Shown: positions 9,240 to 18,443 of the stretch, piece by piece
How positions within the stretch are numbered: the stretch's first letter is position 1
Layout of the letters: each line of letters begins with the position of its first letter
Source of the DNA: an uncultured Candidatus Saccharibacteria bacterium
GTDB lineage: Bacteria; Patescibacteriota; SICC01
Assembly: GCA_964525455.1 (NCBI GenBank)
Contig: CAZGHP010000003.1
Location: forward strand, 1 to 58,799
DNA length: 58,799 nt
Direction: 5' to 3'
Translations under genes and position numbers: made by a program
Notes under the pieces: generated by a model
Database searches by the model: none
What the model saw: the letters and a program-made list of their open reading frames with translations, nothing else
Told to the model about the DNA's origin: nothing

Positions 9240-9911
9240 CTACTCGAACTCCCGCGGCAGGCCCGACGCCGGCGGGGGCGGGTCCTTCGGCTTCTGCTCA
9301 TCCGGTTTTGCCGGCTGCGGAGGTGCCGGTGCCGGAGACGGCTGCGGTCCTTGTGGCGCCGCCGCGGCTTCCGGCTTCGCCTCTTTCTCCGCTTTCTTTT
9401 CTTCCTGCGCCCCCTGGGCCTTGGCGATCAGGTGCTGGACCTCCTCCGGCTTCGGGATGCCCTTGAACTCGAAGTTCCGCCGCTCGCCGGCGGTCTGGAT
9501 CTCCAGGGTGCCGAAGTTGAAGAGCGTCTGGAAGATCCCGTGCCGGGTCACGGCGACGTCCTGCACCATCTTGCAGTCCAGCTCGTCCACGTTCCGGCGG
9601 AACAGCCCTAGCTGGTCGATGTCCACGATCCGGCTGTCGGTGACGATTCCTACGTCCAGGTAGTAGTCGACCCAGCGGATGTAGAAGTAAGTCACCAGCG
9701 TGAGGTAATAGGCCGAGACCAGCGCGGCTGCTGCCGCCGTTCCCAGGTCGCTGATCGTGATATCCGAGACATCCATGACCGCGAAGACGATCGGCGGAAG
9801 CAGGGACAGCAGAACGGTCAGGATGATCGCAGGGAGCAGCATCAGCCAGTGCGGCCGGACGATCAGCAGGACCTGCTCGTCCGGCCGCTGGTCAGGGAAC
9901 CGGACGGTCAT
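9240..9911 (-). CDS. Membrane protein with bacterial PH domain (YdbT/bPH_2-like) and a Lys/Pro/Ala-rich tail
   Basis: The N-terminus (EQVLLIVRPHWLMLLPAIIL) and two TM helices are followed by a ...TDSRIVDIDQLGLFRRNV...GTLEIQTAG pattern typical of bPH_2. The C-terminal tail is low complexity (EEKKAEKEAKPEAAAAPQGPQPSPAPAPPQPAKPDEQKPKDPPPP). Confidence 0.6.
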   Translation of the reverse strand: MTVRFPDQRPDEQVLLIVRPHWLMLLPAIILTVLLSLLPPIVFAVMDVSDITISDLGTAAAAALVSAYYLTLVTYFYIRWVDYYLDVGIVTDSRIVDIDQLGLFRRNVDELDCKMVQDVAVTRHGIFQTLFNFGTLEIQTAGERRNFEFKGIPKPEEVQHLIAKAQGAQEEKKAEKEAKPEAAAAPQGPQPSPAPAPPQPAKPDEQKPKDPPPPASGLPREFE

Positions 9912-10111
9912 GCGATCCCCGTTACTTCAAGTCCTGCGAGGACGACGAACGTAAAGGCGATGATGACCACGACGGCCAGCAGGTACGTGCCGGTCGCCAG
10001 CGTGGTGCGGTCCCCGGGAAATCCGAACCGGCGGGCGTGGTAGATCGCCGCGACGGCGAATCCGCCGATGACGAGGAGGTAGAGCAGGTAGGCGATGATA
10101 ATCGTAGTCAT
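9908..10111 (-). CDS. Small two-helix membrane protein (67 aa)
   Basis: Two clear hydrophobic helices. Its stop overlaps the start of the downstream bPH gene by 4 nt (ATGA), which suggests translational coupling. Confidence 0.5.
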   Translation of the reverse strand: MTTIIIAYLLYLLVIGGFAVAAIYHARRFGFPGDRTTLATGTYLLAVVVIIAFTFVVLAGLEVTGIA

Positions 10112-10150
10112 GGGGTATTGAACGTAGCGCTGCCGACGCTCCGATGCAAG

Positions 10151-11176
10151 CTACAGTAGTTTTTTCTGAGGCGCGGGTGGCTCGGCTCCCAGGTGCCGGT
10201 ACGCCGCATCGGTCGCCTTCCGCCCGCGCGGCGTGCGCTCAAGCAGTCCGAGCTGGATCAGGAACGGCTCGTAGACGCCCTCGATGGTCTCGGCCTCGTC
10301 GCTGACCGCGGCGGCCAGGGTACCGAGCCCGACCGGGCCGCCCTTGAACTTCTTGACGATGGTCTCAAGGAGCCGTCGGTCGGTAGCGTCGAGTCCCAGC
10401 TCGTCCACGCCCTCGAGCCGCAGCGACTCGCTGGCCGCGTGTCCGTCGATGTCGCCGGTACCGCGGGTCTGCGCCCAGTCGCGGGCGCGCTTGAGCAACC
10501 GGTTGGCGACACGCGGCGTACTGCGGGAGCGTCGGGCCAGTGCGTCGAGCGCCGCCGCATCGGCCTTCACGGACAGGATCTTCGCCGAGCGGGAGAGGAT
10601 CTTCCGCATCTCTTCGTCGGAGTAGAACGCGAGCTGGTAGGTCGCCCCGAACCGGTCGCGCAGCGGCGAGGAAAGCGCCCCCACCTTGGTCGTCGCACCG
10701 ATGATCGTGAACGGTTCGAGGTCCAGCCGCACGGAACGCGCACCCGGGCCTTTGCCGATCACGATATCGATCTTCCGGTCTTCCATCGCCGGGTAGAGCA
10801 TTTCCTCAACGATCTTGGGCAGCCGGTGGATCTCGTCGATGAACAGCACGTCGCCCGGCCCGAGGTTGGTAAGGATTGAGGCGAGGTCGCCGGCCCGCTC
10901 GATCGCGGGACCGCTGGTGGTCTGGATCGTCGCCCCGGTCTCATGGGCGATCACGCCAGCCAAAGTCGTCTTCCCGAGCCCGGGCGGTCCGTAGAGCAGG
11001 AGGTGGTCCACGGCTTCTTTGCGTTTCGTCGCGGCCTCGATCAGGATACCGAGCGATTCCTTGATGTCGCCCTGGCCGACGTATTCCTTGAGCGCCTTCG
11101 GCCGGAGCGCCACGTCGAGCGCCACGTCGGCCTCGGTCGTCGAAGAGGCGATCAGCCGGTCGGGGGCGTCGCTCAT
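10151..11176 (-). CDS. ruvB: Holliday junction branch migration ATPase RuvB
   Basis: Walker [16 protein letters not shown], Walker [11 protein letters not shown], and RuvB-typical segments ([22 protein letters not shown]). Confidence 0.95.
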   Translation of the reverse strand: MSDAPDRLIASSTTEADVALDVALRPKALKEYVGQGDIKESLGILIEAATKRKEAVDHLLLYGPPGLGKTTLAGVIAHETGATIQTTSGPAIERAGDLASILTNLGPGDVLFIDEIHRLPKIVEEMLYPAMEDRKIDIVIGKGPGARSVRLDLEPFTIIGATTKVGALSSPLRDRFGATYQLAFYSDEEMRKILSRSAKILSVKADAAALDALARRSRSTPRVANRLLKRARDWAQTRGTGDIDGHAASESLRLEGVDELGLDATDRRLLETIVKKFKGGPVGLGTLAAAVSDEAETIEGVYEPFLIQLGLLERTPRGRKATDAAYRHLGAEPPAPQKKLL

Positions 11177-11739
11177 TTCGCCAGTTCCTTCAAGGCCGCC
11201 TTGATGGCTGCCTCGGTCGAGTCGGCGCTGCCGACGACCGCTCCCACGGCCTTCCGCGCCTCCGCCGTCGAATAACCGAGCGAGACCAACGCCTCGACCG
11301 CCTCTTCCTGCCCTCGCGGCGCGCCGTCGCTCGTGACCATTTCCATCTTGTCCTGCAGGTCGACCACCACGCGTTCCGCCGTCTTCCGGCCGATGCCGGG
11401 TACCGACGCGAGGAAGGCGGCGTCGCCGGCCGCGATCGCGGCCCGGATGTCGTCCGGCGATGCCAGCGAGAGGATCGCCAACGCGACCTTGGGGCCGATG
11501 CCCGACACCCCGATCAGCTGGGCGAAGAGCCGGCGCTCCGCCTTGGTGGCGAACCCGTAGAGCGCCAGTACGTCTTCGCGGACGTGCTGGTGGGTGTGCA
11601 GGGTCACCTCCGTGCCGATCTCCGGCAGCTCCGTCAGCGTGGAGACCGGCACCGTCACCAGGTATCCGACGCCGCCGGCCTCGACGATGAGGCCGGGCGG
11701 TTCCTTTTCGGTCAGGGTGCCCGTCAGTGTAGCGATCAT
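11173..11739 (-). CDS. ruvA: Holliday junction DNA-binding protein RuvA
   Basis: MIATLTGTL...GGVGY N-terminus, HhH motifs ([29 protein letters not shown]) and a C-terminal domain III. Overlaps ruvB by 4 nt. Confidence 0.9.
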   Translation of the reverse strand: MIATLTGTLTEKEPPGLIVEAGGVGYLVTVPVSTLTELPEIGTEVTLHTHQHVREDVLALYGFATKAERRLFAQLIGVSGIGPKVALAILSLASPDDIRAAIAAGDAAFLASVPGIGRKTAERVVVDLQDKMEMVTSDGAPRGQEEAVEALVSLGYSTAEARKAVGAVVGSADSTEAAIKAALKELAK

Positions 11740-11757
11740 TACTTACCAGTATACGGG

Positions 11758-13008
11758 TCAGGCCGTTTCAAGCACGGCAGCGATCAGCTGCAGGTCGTCG
11801 GCCGTGAGACGGGGTAGTAGGAACTTCTGCCGGACGGTCTTCCGCCCGGCGGCACCCATCCGCTTTGCCAGGCGCGGGTCGGCCGCCAATTCCACGATCC
11901 GGTCCGCGGCCTCGGAGACCGTCGATACCAGGTAGCCGTTCCGCTCGTTCTCGATCTGCAGGGTGATGCCGCCGACGTCGCTCCCGATCACCGGCGTGCC
12001 GGCCCATAGGGCCTCGGTCACGGTAAGCCCGAATCCCTCGCGGAGCGATTTCTGGATCGCGACCGTCGCCAGTGTCAGGAACGCCTTGACGGTCCGGTCG
12101 TCCGCCTCGTCCGCAAGGATGCAGAGGCCCTGGTCGTCCTTCGCCGCTTCCCGGAGCCGCTTCAGGATCATCGGTGACTGGGGATCGTCGTCCGCGGTAC
12201 CGCCGATCAGGACGAACTGCAGTGACGGTATCTTCTGCTTGGCGAGCCGCCACGCCTCGAGCGTGCCTAGCGGGTCCTTCCACTGGTCGAAGCGGGAGAC
12301 TTGGACCAGGTAGGGTTGCTCCGGGTCCACGGGGTGTCGGCTGACGATCTTCCGCGCCTCGGATGCCGACATCGCCCGGTTCTTCTCGGAAAGCGGATCG
12401 ATTGCCGGAGGGATGATCGCAGTATGGTCGGGCGCGAAGCCGGGCAAGCGGAACTTCTCCAGGCTGAAGATGCCGCCGGCGTACGGTTTCAAGTAGCGGA
12501 CGAAGCGTTGCTGCGTGGCACGGAGCGGTTGGGAGCTGTCGAGGTGGCACCGCCAGATCCACCGGGTACCGCCGGCGTCCGGATGGAAGAAAGGGATCGC
12601 TGCCGGCTGCGGGTCGTGCACGACGATCGCGTCCCAAGCTGCCGGGTCGAGTTCCCGGGCCAGTCGCGCACTGACGGCCTCATAGCGTTTCCATTCGGCG
12701 TCCGTCAGGCCGATCTGTTCGCCCTGCAGGGCGTTATGGATCTTCTTCGTGATCTCGAAGAAGTCCGGACCGGGTTCGATGACCTGCCACTCGGCCCGGA
12801 TGCCAAGGTTTCGCATCAGCGGGACTTCCGACCGCAGGATCTCTGCCACCCCGCCGCCGTTGGCAGCGGAGTTGAGGTGGAGGATGCGCGTGCCGCTGAG
12901 CCGGCTGCCCAACGCCCGCCCCCGCTTGTCCTGGAACGGCGCGTAATCGGTGAGTCCGTGTCTCGTTTCGAGCCTTTGTGTTTCCACTGCGATACCTTCG
13001 GTTGACAC
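11758..13008 (-). CDS. treT: GT4 glycosyltransferase of the trehalose glycosyltransferring synthase (TreT) type
   Basis: Blocks I recall from archaeal/bacterial TreT: [80 protein letters not shown] and [22 protein letters not shown]. The assignment is from memory of the family, not a search. Confidence 0.65.
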   Translation of the reverse strand: MSTEGIAVETQRLETRHGLTDYAPFQDKRGRALGSRLSGTRILHLNSAANGGGVAEILRSEVPLMRNLGIRAEWQVIEPGPDFFEITKKIHNALQGEQIGLTDAEWKRYEAVSARLARELDPAAWDAIVVHDPQPAAIPFFHPDAGGTRWIWRCHLDSSQPLRATQQRFVRYLKPYAGGIFSLEKFRLPGFAPDHTAIIPPAIDPLSEKNRAMSASEARKIVSRHPVDPEQPYLVQVSRFDQWKDPLGTLEAWRLAKQKIPSLQFVLIGGTADDDPQSPMILKRLREAAKDDQGLCILADEADDRTVKAFLTLATVAIQKSLREGFGLTVTEALWAGTPVIGSDVGGITLQIENERNGYLVSTVSEAADRIVELAADPRLAKRMGAAGRKTVRQKFLLPRLTADDLQLIAAVLETA

Positions 13009-13041
13009 TACTGTAGCAAAACGCGGGTATACTCAGACGAG

Positions 13042-14169
13042 ATGAAGCGGCGAAAACTCCGAATCGCGGTCCTTGATTCCGTACGCAATCCGACTCCCGC
13101 GAAAGGGGTGATCCAGGCGAGCGGCCAGCTGGCTGCCCGGATCGCCGATGGCATGGCCGCGCGCGGCCATGCGGTGACGTTGTTCGGCGCCACGGGATCC
13201 CGGAGCAAGGCGACGGTGCATACGGGAGGCATCCCGCCCGCTTCGCGTACCTCGCTCTTCACGCTGATCGACCATGAGCCGCCCAGCGCCCGGGCGCGCG
13301 AACGCGAACGGTCCGTCAACCTGTACGAAGGGCTCGGCCTGGTCGAGCTGTACCGTGAACACGTGCGGCGGCCGTTCGACATCGTCCATCTGCACCGGGC
13401 GCACCACGCGCTTCCCCTGGCGGCGTTGTTTCCCCGTCTTCCGCATGTCTTTACGTTCCATGACGAAGCGACGCCCCTGCGGCGCTTCACTTATAAGCGG
13501 TATGCCTTTCCGAACATCCACTTCGTGGCGTTGAGCGAGCGCCAGCGTCAGCTGGGAAAGGACATTCCCTGGGCGGCCGTCGTACCGAATGGGATCGACC
13601 TCCGGCGCTACCGCTTCTCCGAGCGGGCAGGAAAGCACCTCCTGTTCGCGGGACGGCTGGTCGAGGAAAAAGGTGCCCATCTTGCGATCAAGGCCGCCAA
13701 GCAAGCCAAACGTCTGATCCGTATCACCGGTTCGCGGACCTTCCAGACGCTTGCGGATACCGGCTACTGGGAGCGGGAGGTCGAACCGCTGCTCGACCGT
13801 TCGGCCAGGTACGTCGGGTATCTCACGCCGGCCCAGCTCGCCGACGAATATGCACGGGCCGCCGCGGTACTCATGCCGATCAAGTGGGAGGAGCCGTTCG
13901 GCTTGGTAAGTATCGAAGCGATGGCGAGCGGCACGCCGGTAATCGGATTCCGACATGGTGCGTTGCCCGAGATCATCGAGGACGGCACGAACGGATTCCT
14001 CGTGAATGACGTGCGGGGGATGACCCGCGCGATCAATCGGATCCATGAGATTGACCGGGCGGCCTGCCGGAAGCACGTCGAACGGCACTTCACCGCGGAG
14101 CTGATGGTCGAGCGGTATGAGAAGCTTTACCGGGTCTTGGCGGCCACGCGACGGAATAGCCGCTCGTAG
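13042..14169 (+). CDS. GT4-family glycosyltransferase
   Basis: GT-B fold signature EEPFGLVSIEAMASGTPVIGFRHGALPEII.DG.NGFLV. The 3' end overlaps the convergent GT4 gene by 43 nt. Confidence 0.85.
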   Translation: MKRRKLRIAVLDSVRNPTPAKGVIQASGQLAARIADGMAARGHAVTLFGATGSRSKATVHTGGIPPASRTSLFTLIDHEPPSARARERERSVNLYEGLGLVELYREHVRRPFDIVHLHRAHHALPLAALFPRLPHVFTFHDEATPLRRFTYKRYAFPNIHFVALSERQRQLGKDIPWAAVVPNGIDLRRYRFSERAGKHLLFAGRLVEEKGAHLAIKAAKQAKRLIRITGSRTFQTLADTGYWEREVEPLLDRSARYVGYLTPAQLADEYARAAAVLMPIKWEEPFGLVSIEAMASGTPVIGFRHGALPEIIEDGTNGFLVNDVRGMTRAINRIHEIDRAACRKHVERHFTAELMVERYEKLYRVLAATRRNSRS

Positions 14170-15167
14170 TCGTCGACCATCCGTTCGTCGGAAAAACGTT
14201 CCACGACATCCGCCCGGACCGCGATGCGGGCGAGGCCGCTGACGCGCTCGACGTACCGTCCGAGCGCGGACGGGGTCGGGGCGAGGAACCCGGAAACACC
14301 GTCGGTAATCAGCTCCGGCATCGCGCCCCGGCTGACCGCCAGCACCGGGGTGCCGCACGCCATCGCCTCGGCTACCACCAGGCCGAACGGCTCCTCCCAC
14401 TTGATAGGATTGAGCAGCGCGACGGCGTTGCGATAAAAATCGACTTTCCGCCGCCCGTCGATCTCGCCAAGGAACTCGATGCGCGAGGAAAGGAACGGCC
14501 GTACCTGCTTCTCGAAGTACTCCCGGTTTTCCTCGGTGACCAGGCCGGCGATCTTCAGATGCAGCCGGTGCCGGCGCGCCAACTGGATCGCTTCGGCGGT
14601 ACCTTTCTTCTCCGAGATCCAGCCGATCCAGGCGAAGTAACCGTCTTCACCGCGACCGAGCGTGAACCGCTCCATGTCGATGCCGTTATAGACCGTCCCT
14701 GCGAAGCGGACGTTCCCGAACTGGCGGCGTTGGGATTGGGAGATGCTCACGAAGCGGGAGTATTTCGAAGCCGTGGCGTAGGTGCGTTCCTTAGTGGCGG
14801 AATGGGCGCCGTGGATGGTCGTGAGCAAGGGCGCACGGAGGGCCGGTGCCAACGCCATGGCTCCGTAGTAGAGGTGGTTCGACCACACGTCGATGCGTTT
14901 GGTCGTACCGACGACATCGAGTAATTGTTTCGTCGTGGCGAGTTCCCGCATCACCGGACTCTCGCCCTTGAGTTGCTTTGGCCAGGAAGGAACGAGCGTG
15001 GCCGGGGTCCGCGAGTCGCCGGAGGCGAAGAGCGTTACCAGGTGGCCGCGCTTGACCAGCCCTTCCGCGAGCGCTGCCACGATCCGTTCCGTCCCGGCAT
15101 GGCCGCGCGGCGGAATCGTCCGGTCGAGCGGCGCGATCAGGCCGATGCGTAGCCGTCGCCCTTTCAT
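14127..15167 (-). CDS. GT4-family glycosyltransferase
   Basis: EEPFGLVVAEAMACGTPVLAVSRGAMPELI.DG.SGFL. I place the start at MKGRRLRIGLIAP (15167), where the ATG overlaps the upstream stop (ATGA). The ORF-track extension to 15338 is Arg/Pro-rich and overlaps the upstream gene. Confidence 0.8.
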   Translation of the reverse strand: MKGRRLRIGLIAPLDRTIPPRGHAGTERIVAALAEGLVKRGHLVTLFASGDSRTPATLVPSWPKQLKGESPVMRELATTKQLLDVVGTTKRIDVWSNHLYYGAMALAPALRAPLLTTIHGAHSATKERTYATASKYSRFVSISQSQRRQFGNVRFAGTVYNGIDMERFTLGRGEDGYFAWIGWISEKKGTAEAIQLARRHRLHLKIAGLVTEENREYFEKQVRPFLSSRIEFLGEIDGRRKVDFYRNAVALLNPIKWEEPFGLVVAEAMACGTPVLAVSRGAMPELITDGVSGFLAPTPSALGRYVERVSGLARIAVRADVVERFSDERMVDDYERLFRRVAAKTR

Positions 15168-16456
15168 CGCTTCCTGGTCCTCACGCCATATGTCTTCTTG
15201 TCTATGTCGAGCTCGTGCTTGCCCCGCTCGGTATCGCGGGAACCGAGGTGAGGAGCCTGTTTGCGGACGTGACGCCGGCTGGTCTGGTCCGCGACGGCCC
15301 GGTAGTGGCCGATGAAGCTGTCCGCGATCAACCGCCAATCGAACCGCTCCTCGACCATCCGGCGGGCGGCGCGGGACATCCGCGTGCGCATGGCATCGTC
15401 GGCGAGCAGCGTGTTGACCGCCCGGGCGATCGCGGCCCCGCTCTTGGCCCGTACCAGGAAACCGTTTTGGCCGTGTTTGACGACCGAGCCGATGCCTCCG
15501 CGTTTGCTGGCCACGACAGGGGTGCCGCTCGACATCGCTTCCAGGGTAATCAGGCCGAGCGGTTCATCCCAGATCGAGGGGACCACCATCACGTCCGCCC
15601 GGCGGTAGAACTCCGCGATGGCATCACCCTTGATATAGCCGGGGAAGTGCACGCGGGGATTGTCGGCCGCTTGGCGCATCAGGGCCGCCCGGTCCGGGCC
15701 GTCACCGAGGATGAATACGTCCGCCCGGATCCGTTTCGCGGCGCGGATCAGGTACGGCACGCCTTTGGTCGGGATGAGTTTTCCCGTGAAAAGGACCACG
15801 TGCTTTCCCGCCAGGTTGTAGCGCCGCTCGATCCGGCCCACCGGAGCGTCGGCCGGATACAGGCGTGAGTCCACGCCGCCGGTGATCGTCCTGACCTTAT
15901 GATGGAAACCGCGGCCGTACACCCTGAACATCCATTTCCTGGTCTGCCGGGATACCACGCTCACGATGTCGGCGTGGTTGAGGGCGTCAATCGTCGGGAC
16001 TACGTACCGGCGGTCAAGGGTCGCGTTGTATACGTCGGTGCCATGGACCGTGACCAGGTAGTTGATGCGGTATATCGCGCGGAAGAGGTTGGCGATCCAC
16101 GCGGTATGGGCCGCGTGATGGGCGTGGATGACGTTCGGCTTGAAGCTATCCACCGCTTTCGCGAATCCCTTCAGGAAGGCCTGGTACAGCTCGTTGATCT
16201 GGTCGGCAGTGAGCTCCGAATAGCGCTTTGCCCGCGGGTGCTCCGGATGACTCGTGAAGGCAGCCATGAACGGGAGGTCGACGTGGAACACCTTGACGCC
16301 GGGTACCTTGCGTCGGTCCGGGCAGGCGATCGCGACCTCGTAACCTTTCTCAGCCACTGCCTGTGCCAGTTTTCTCGCATACACGCCGCTACCCGATCCC
16401 CAGAGCGGGTACATCAGGAGCATCAGGATACGTGGTTTCGGTTTACGTGCGACCAT
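15164..16456 (-). CDS. GT4-family glycosyltransferase with a basic C-terminal tail
   Basis: DEPLGLITLEAMSSGTPVVASKRGGIGSVV..G.NGFLV. About 50 aa of Arg/Lys-rich C-terminal extension. Confidence 0.85.
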   Translation of the reverse strand: MVARKPKPRILMLLMYPLWGSGSGVYARKLAQAVAEKGYEVAIACPDRRKVPGVKVFHVDLPFMAAFTSHPEHPRAKRYSELTADQINELYQAFLKGFAKAVDSFKPNVIHAHHAAHTAWIANLFRAIYRINYLVTVHGTDVYNATLDRRYVVPTIDALNHADIVSVVSRQTRKWMFRVYGRGFHHKVRTITGGVDSRLYPADAPVGRIERRYNLAGKHVVLFTGKLIPTKGVPYLIRAAKRIRADVFILGDGPDRAALMRQAADNPRVHFPGYIKGDAIAEFYRRADVMVVPSIWDEPLGLITLEAMSSGTPVVASKRGGIGSVVKHGQNGFLVRAKSGAAIARAVNTLLADDAMRTRMSRAARRMVEERFDWRLIADSFIGHYRAVADQTSRRHVRKQAPHLGSRDTERGKHELDIDKKTYGVRTRKR

Positions 16457-16497
16457 CGCAACCAGTGTAACCGAAGTGAGAACGGTCGGCGCGACTC

Positions 16498-16526
16498 TTG
16501 ACTGAGAGTCCTTTTTGTGTTATGGT
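16498..16526 (+). promoter_or_regulatory. Sigma70-type promoter (TTGACT-17-TATGGT with TGn extended -10)
   Basis: -35 at 16498-16503 and TGT-TATGGT at 16518-16526, 18 nt upstream of the galT-like ATG. It shares a TGTTATGGTT-N4-AATTTT block with the promoter at 19213-19241. Confidence 0.5.
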
Positions 16527-16544
16527 TGAGCAATTTTCAAACAT

Positions 16545-17549
16545 ATGGACACCTATCCCTCAGAACTGCGCCGCGAATTACTCAGCAAACGCTGGGTGCT
16601 GATCGCCGCCGGCCGGGCCGAGCGGCCGTACGACTGGAAGAAGCCGCCCGTGAAGACCGGGCGGCGGGACCCGTTCCGTCCGGAGAACATCCGGCCGGAG
16701 GATGTGGTCGACCGGATCGTCAACGCCGACGGCACCGTGTACGCGGTGGAGAGCGACTGGAAGGCACTTTCCATCGCCAACGCATATCCCCTGGTATCCG
16801 TCGCGCCGGAAAAACCACGCCTGTCCGGCAATACGGTCGACGGGTACGGATACCACGAGATCGTCATCCACTCGCCGGAAGCCGACAAGGATTTCGGGGA
16901 ATTCTCCACGGAGCAGGCCCAGGCCGTCCTCGAGCTTTATCTCAAGCGTTACAACCACCTCGCGCACCGGCCGAACATCCAGTACGTGCAGATCTTCACC
17001 AACCGGGGACTGGAGGCGGGCGCGTCGGTGGAACACCCGCACAGCCAGATCGTCGCCTTGCCGCTGGTACCGCCGTACATCAAGGAGCTGGTCACGCAGG
17101 CCCGGGAACGATACGACCGGAGCCGGTCGGAAGTCGGTCAGCACGAGATCGAGAAGGAAACCCACGATGCGAAACGGATCATCTACGAAAACTCGAAGTT
17201 CCTCGTCTACTGTCCGTTCGCGCCGCAGGCGGATTACCACATCCGGATCATGCCGAAACAACCCGGCCCGCACTTCTACGAGATCACCCAAGAACAGCTC
17301 GAACACCTGGCGCGGGTACTCAACCTGGCGTTCCGGCGCCTCAACCGCATCGCCGGACTCCCGCCGTACAATGCATACGTCCGCACCGCGCCGGTGCATG
17401 CGGCGGAGGAAATCCTGCGCGGGTTCCGCTGGCACGTGGACATCGTCCCGCACCTGGCGATCCCGGGCGGCCTGGAGATATCCACCGGCTTGGATGTCGT
17501 CACCGTATTTCCGGAAGATGCCGCGCATGCCCTGAGACAGGATTCTTGA
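16545..17549 (+). CDS. galT: GalT-family (HIT superfamily branch III) hexose-1-phosphate nucleotidyltransferase / ADP-glucose phosphorylase-like
   Basis: N-terminal ELRRELLSKRWVLIAAGRAERP, active-site H-x-H motif VEHPHSQIVA, and a second half-barrel (FAPQADYHIRIMPK). Substrate specificity cannot be read from the sequence. Confidence 0.75.
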   Translation: MDTYPSELRRELLSKRWVLIAAGRAERPYDWKKPPVKTGRRDPFRPENIRPEDVVDRIVNADGTVYAVESDWKALSIANAYPLVSVAPEKPRLSGNTVDGYGYHEIVIHSPEADKDFGEFSTEQAQAVLELYLKRYNHLAHRPNIQYVQIFTNRGLEAGASVEHPHSQIVALPLVPPYIKELVTQARERYDRSRSEVGQHEIEKETHDAKRIIYENSKFLVYCPFAPQADYHIRIMPKQPGPHFYEITQEQLEHLARVLNLAFRRLNRIAGLPPYNAYVRTAPVHAAEEILRGFRWHVDIVPHLAIPGGLEISTGLDVVTVFPEDAAHALRQDS

Positions 17550-17551
17550 TC

Positions 17552-17938
17552 ATGGCAGACAAAGGAAAAAAGCCGATGAAGAACGAGGCCACGCTTGAAC
17601 GGGACGGCATTCTTCGTATGTACTACCGCGGTCCGCAGACGGCGGAAGGGATCGTAGCCCTGAGCGAGCAGGCCGATGCATTCGCCGAGCAGGTGCAGGA
17701 GCGGGGGGACGCGATGCTTATCCTCGTGGACCTGGGTGATCTGGGAACCTTCGGCCAGCCGGAACTCCGGGCCTGGCGCCGCCTGATGGCCACCCGGGCC
17801 TACGAGCGCATGGCAATCGTCCGGCTCAACCCGGCGTTGCGGGTCGTCCTGCACTTCCTGGTCAAGATGGCGAACCGGCAGGACCAGGTCGAGGTGTTCG
17901 AAGACGAGGCGTCCGCCCTGCAGTGGCTCAGGGGGTAG
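17552..17938 (+). CDS. Small STAS/SpoIIAA-like domain protein (128 aa)
   Basis: The ATG lies 3 nt after the galT stop, in the frame of track ORF 16517..17938. Only this C-terminal part has normal composition. The pattern LILVDLGDLGTFGQPELRAWRRL...MAIVRLNPALRVVLHFL resembles STAS-fold proteins. Confidence 0.5.
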   Translation: MADKGKKPMKNEATLERDGILRMYYRGPQTAEGIVALSEQADAFAEQVQERGDAMLILVDLGDLGTFGQPELRAWRRLMATRAYERMAIVRLNPALRVVLHFLVKMANRQDQVEVFEDEASALQWLRG

Positions 17939-18443
17939 CCGTGCGACTCCGTGGTCGCGGAGCCGGCCGTTGCATCGCATGACACAGCGCCACGGCGATC
18001 GCGTCAGTCACGTCGTCGGGGCGGGGCGGCTCTTTGAGGCCTACCAACCGGCAGACCATGTGTGCGACCTGCTCCTTGCCGGCCTTGCCGTAACCGGTCA
18101 GTTGCTGCTTTACCGTTCCCGGGCCGTACTCCGAGACGGCGAGTCCGGCGGACGCGATCGCCGCCATGATCACGCCGCGTGCCTCGGCCACCCGCATCGC
18201 GGTGGTGATGTTCTTGGAAAAGAACAGCTCTTCGACCGCCGCATTTTCCGGGTGGTGGGTCTTCAGGACCCCCGCCACTTTCCCGGACAGGATGCGCAAC
18301 CGTTGTTCGGGGGCATCCGTCGCCGCGGTAGTGATCAAGCCGGCTTCTACCAGCCGGAACTCCCGGCCGACGGTTTCGACGACCGCATAACCGGTCCGTG
18401 CCGTACCGGGGTCGAATCCCGCCACGCGGCGCGACTCAGCCAC
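17928..18443 (-). CDS. ruvC: Crossover junction endodeoxyribonuclease RuvC
   Basis: GFDPGTARTGYAVVE (catalytic Asp), AVEELFF (Glu), GYGKAGKEQV, and C-terminal DVTDAIAVALCH (catalytic Asp/His region). Confidence 0.9.
   Translation of the reverse strand: MAESRRVAGFDPGTARTGYAVVETVGREFRLVEAGLITTAATDAPEQRLRILSGKVAGVLKTHHPENAAVEELFFSKNITTAMRVAEARGVIMAAIASAGLAVSEYGPGTVKQQLTGYGKAGKEQVAHMVCRLVGLKEPPRPDDVTDAIAVALCHAMQRPAPRPRSRTATP

Noticed and set aside
13033-14400. 455-aa minus-strand ORF spanning the GT4 gene 13042-14169.
   Set aside because: It overlaps a GT4 gene with a clear EEPFG...GTPVIG signature on the + strand. The product is Arg/Pro/Gly-rich.
15168-15338. Upstream extensions of ORF-track starts: GT4 at 15338, yebC at 19263, the YfiH-like gene at 31202, L28 at 32908, pilN at 42022, and pilin-like genes at 49971 and 51201.
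   Set aside because: Each extension overlaps the neighbouring gene or is compositionally aberrant. An internal Met coincides with the conserved family N-terminus and/or an ATGA/TGATG coupling junction.
16517-17551. N-terminal 345 codons of track ORF 16517-17938 (473 aa).
   Set aside because: This part overlaps the GalT-like CDS in another frame and is extremely Arg/Pro/Gly-rich. Only the last 128 codons, from the ATG at 17552, look like a real protein (STAS-like). The MLWLSNF start is a by-product of a promoter motif.
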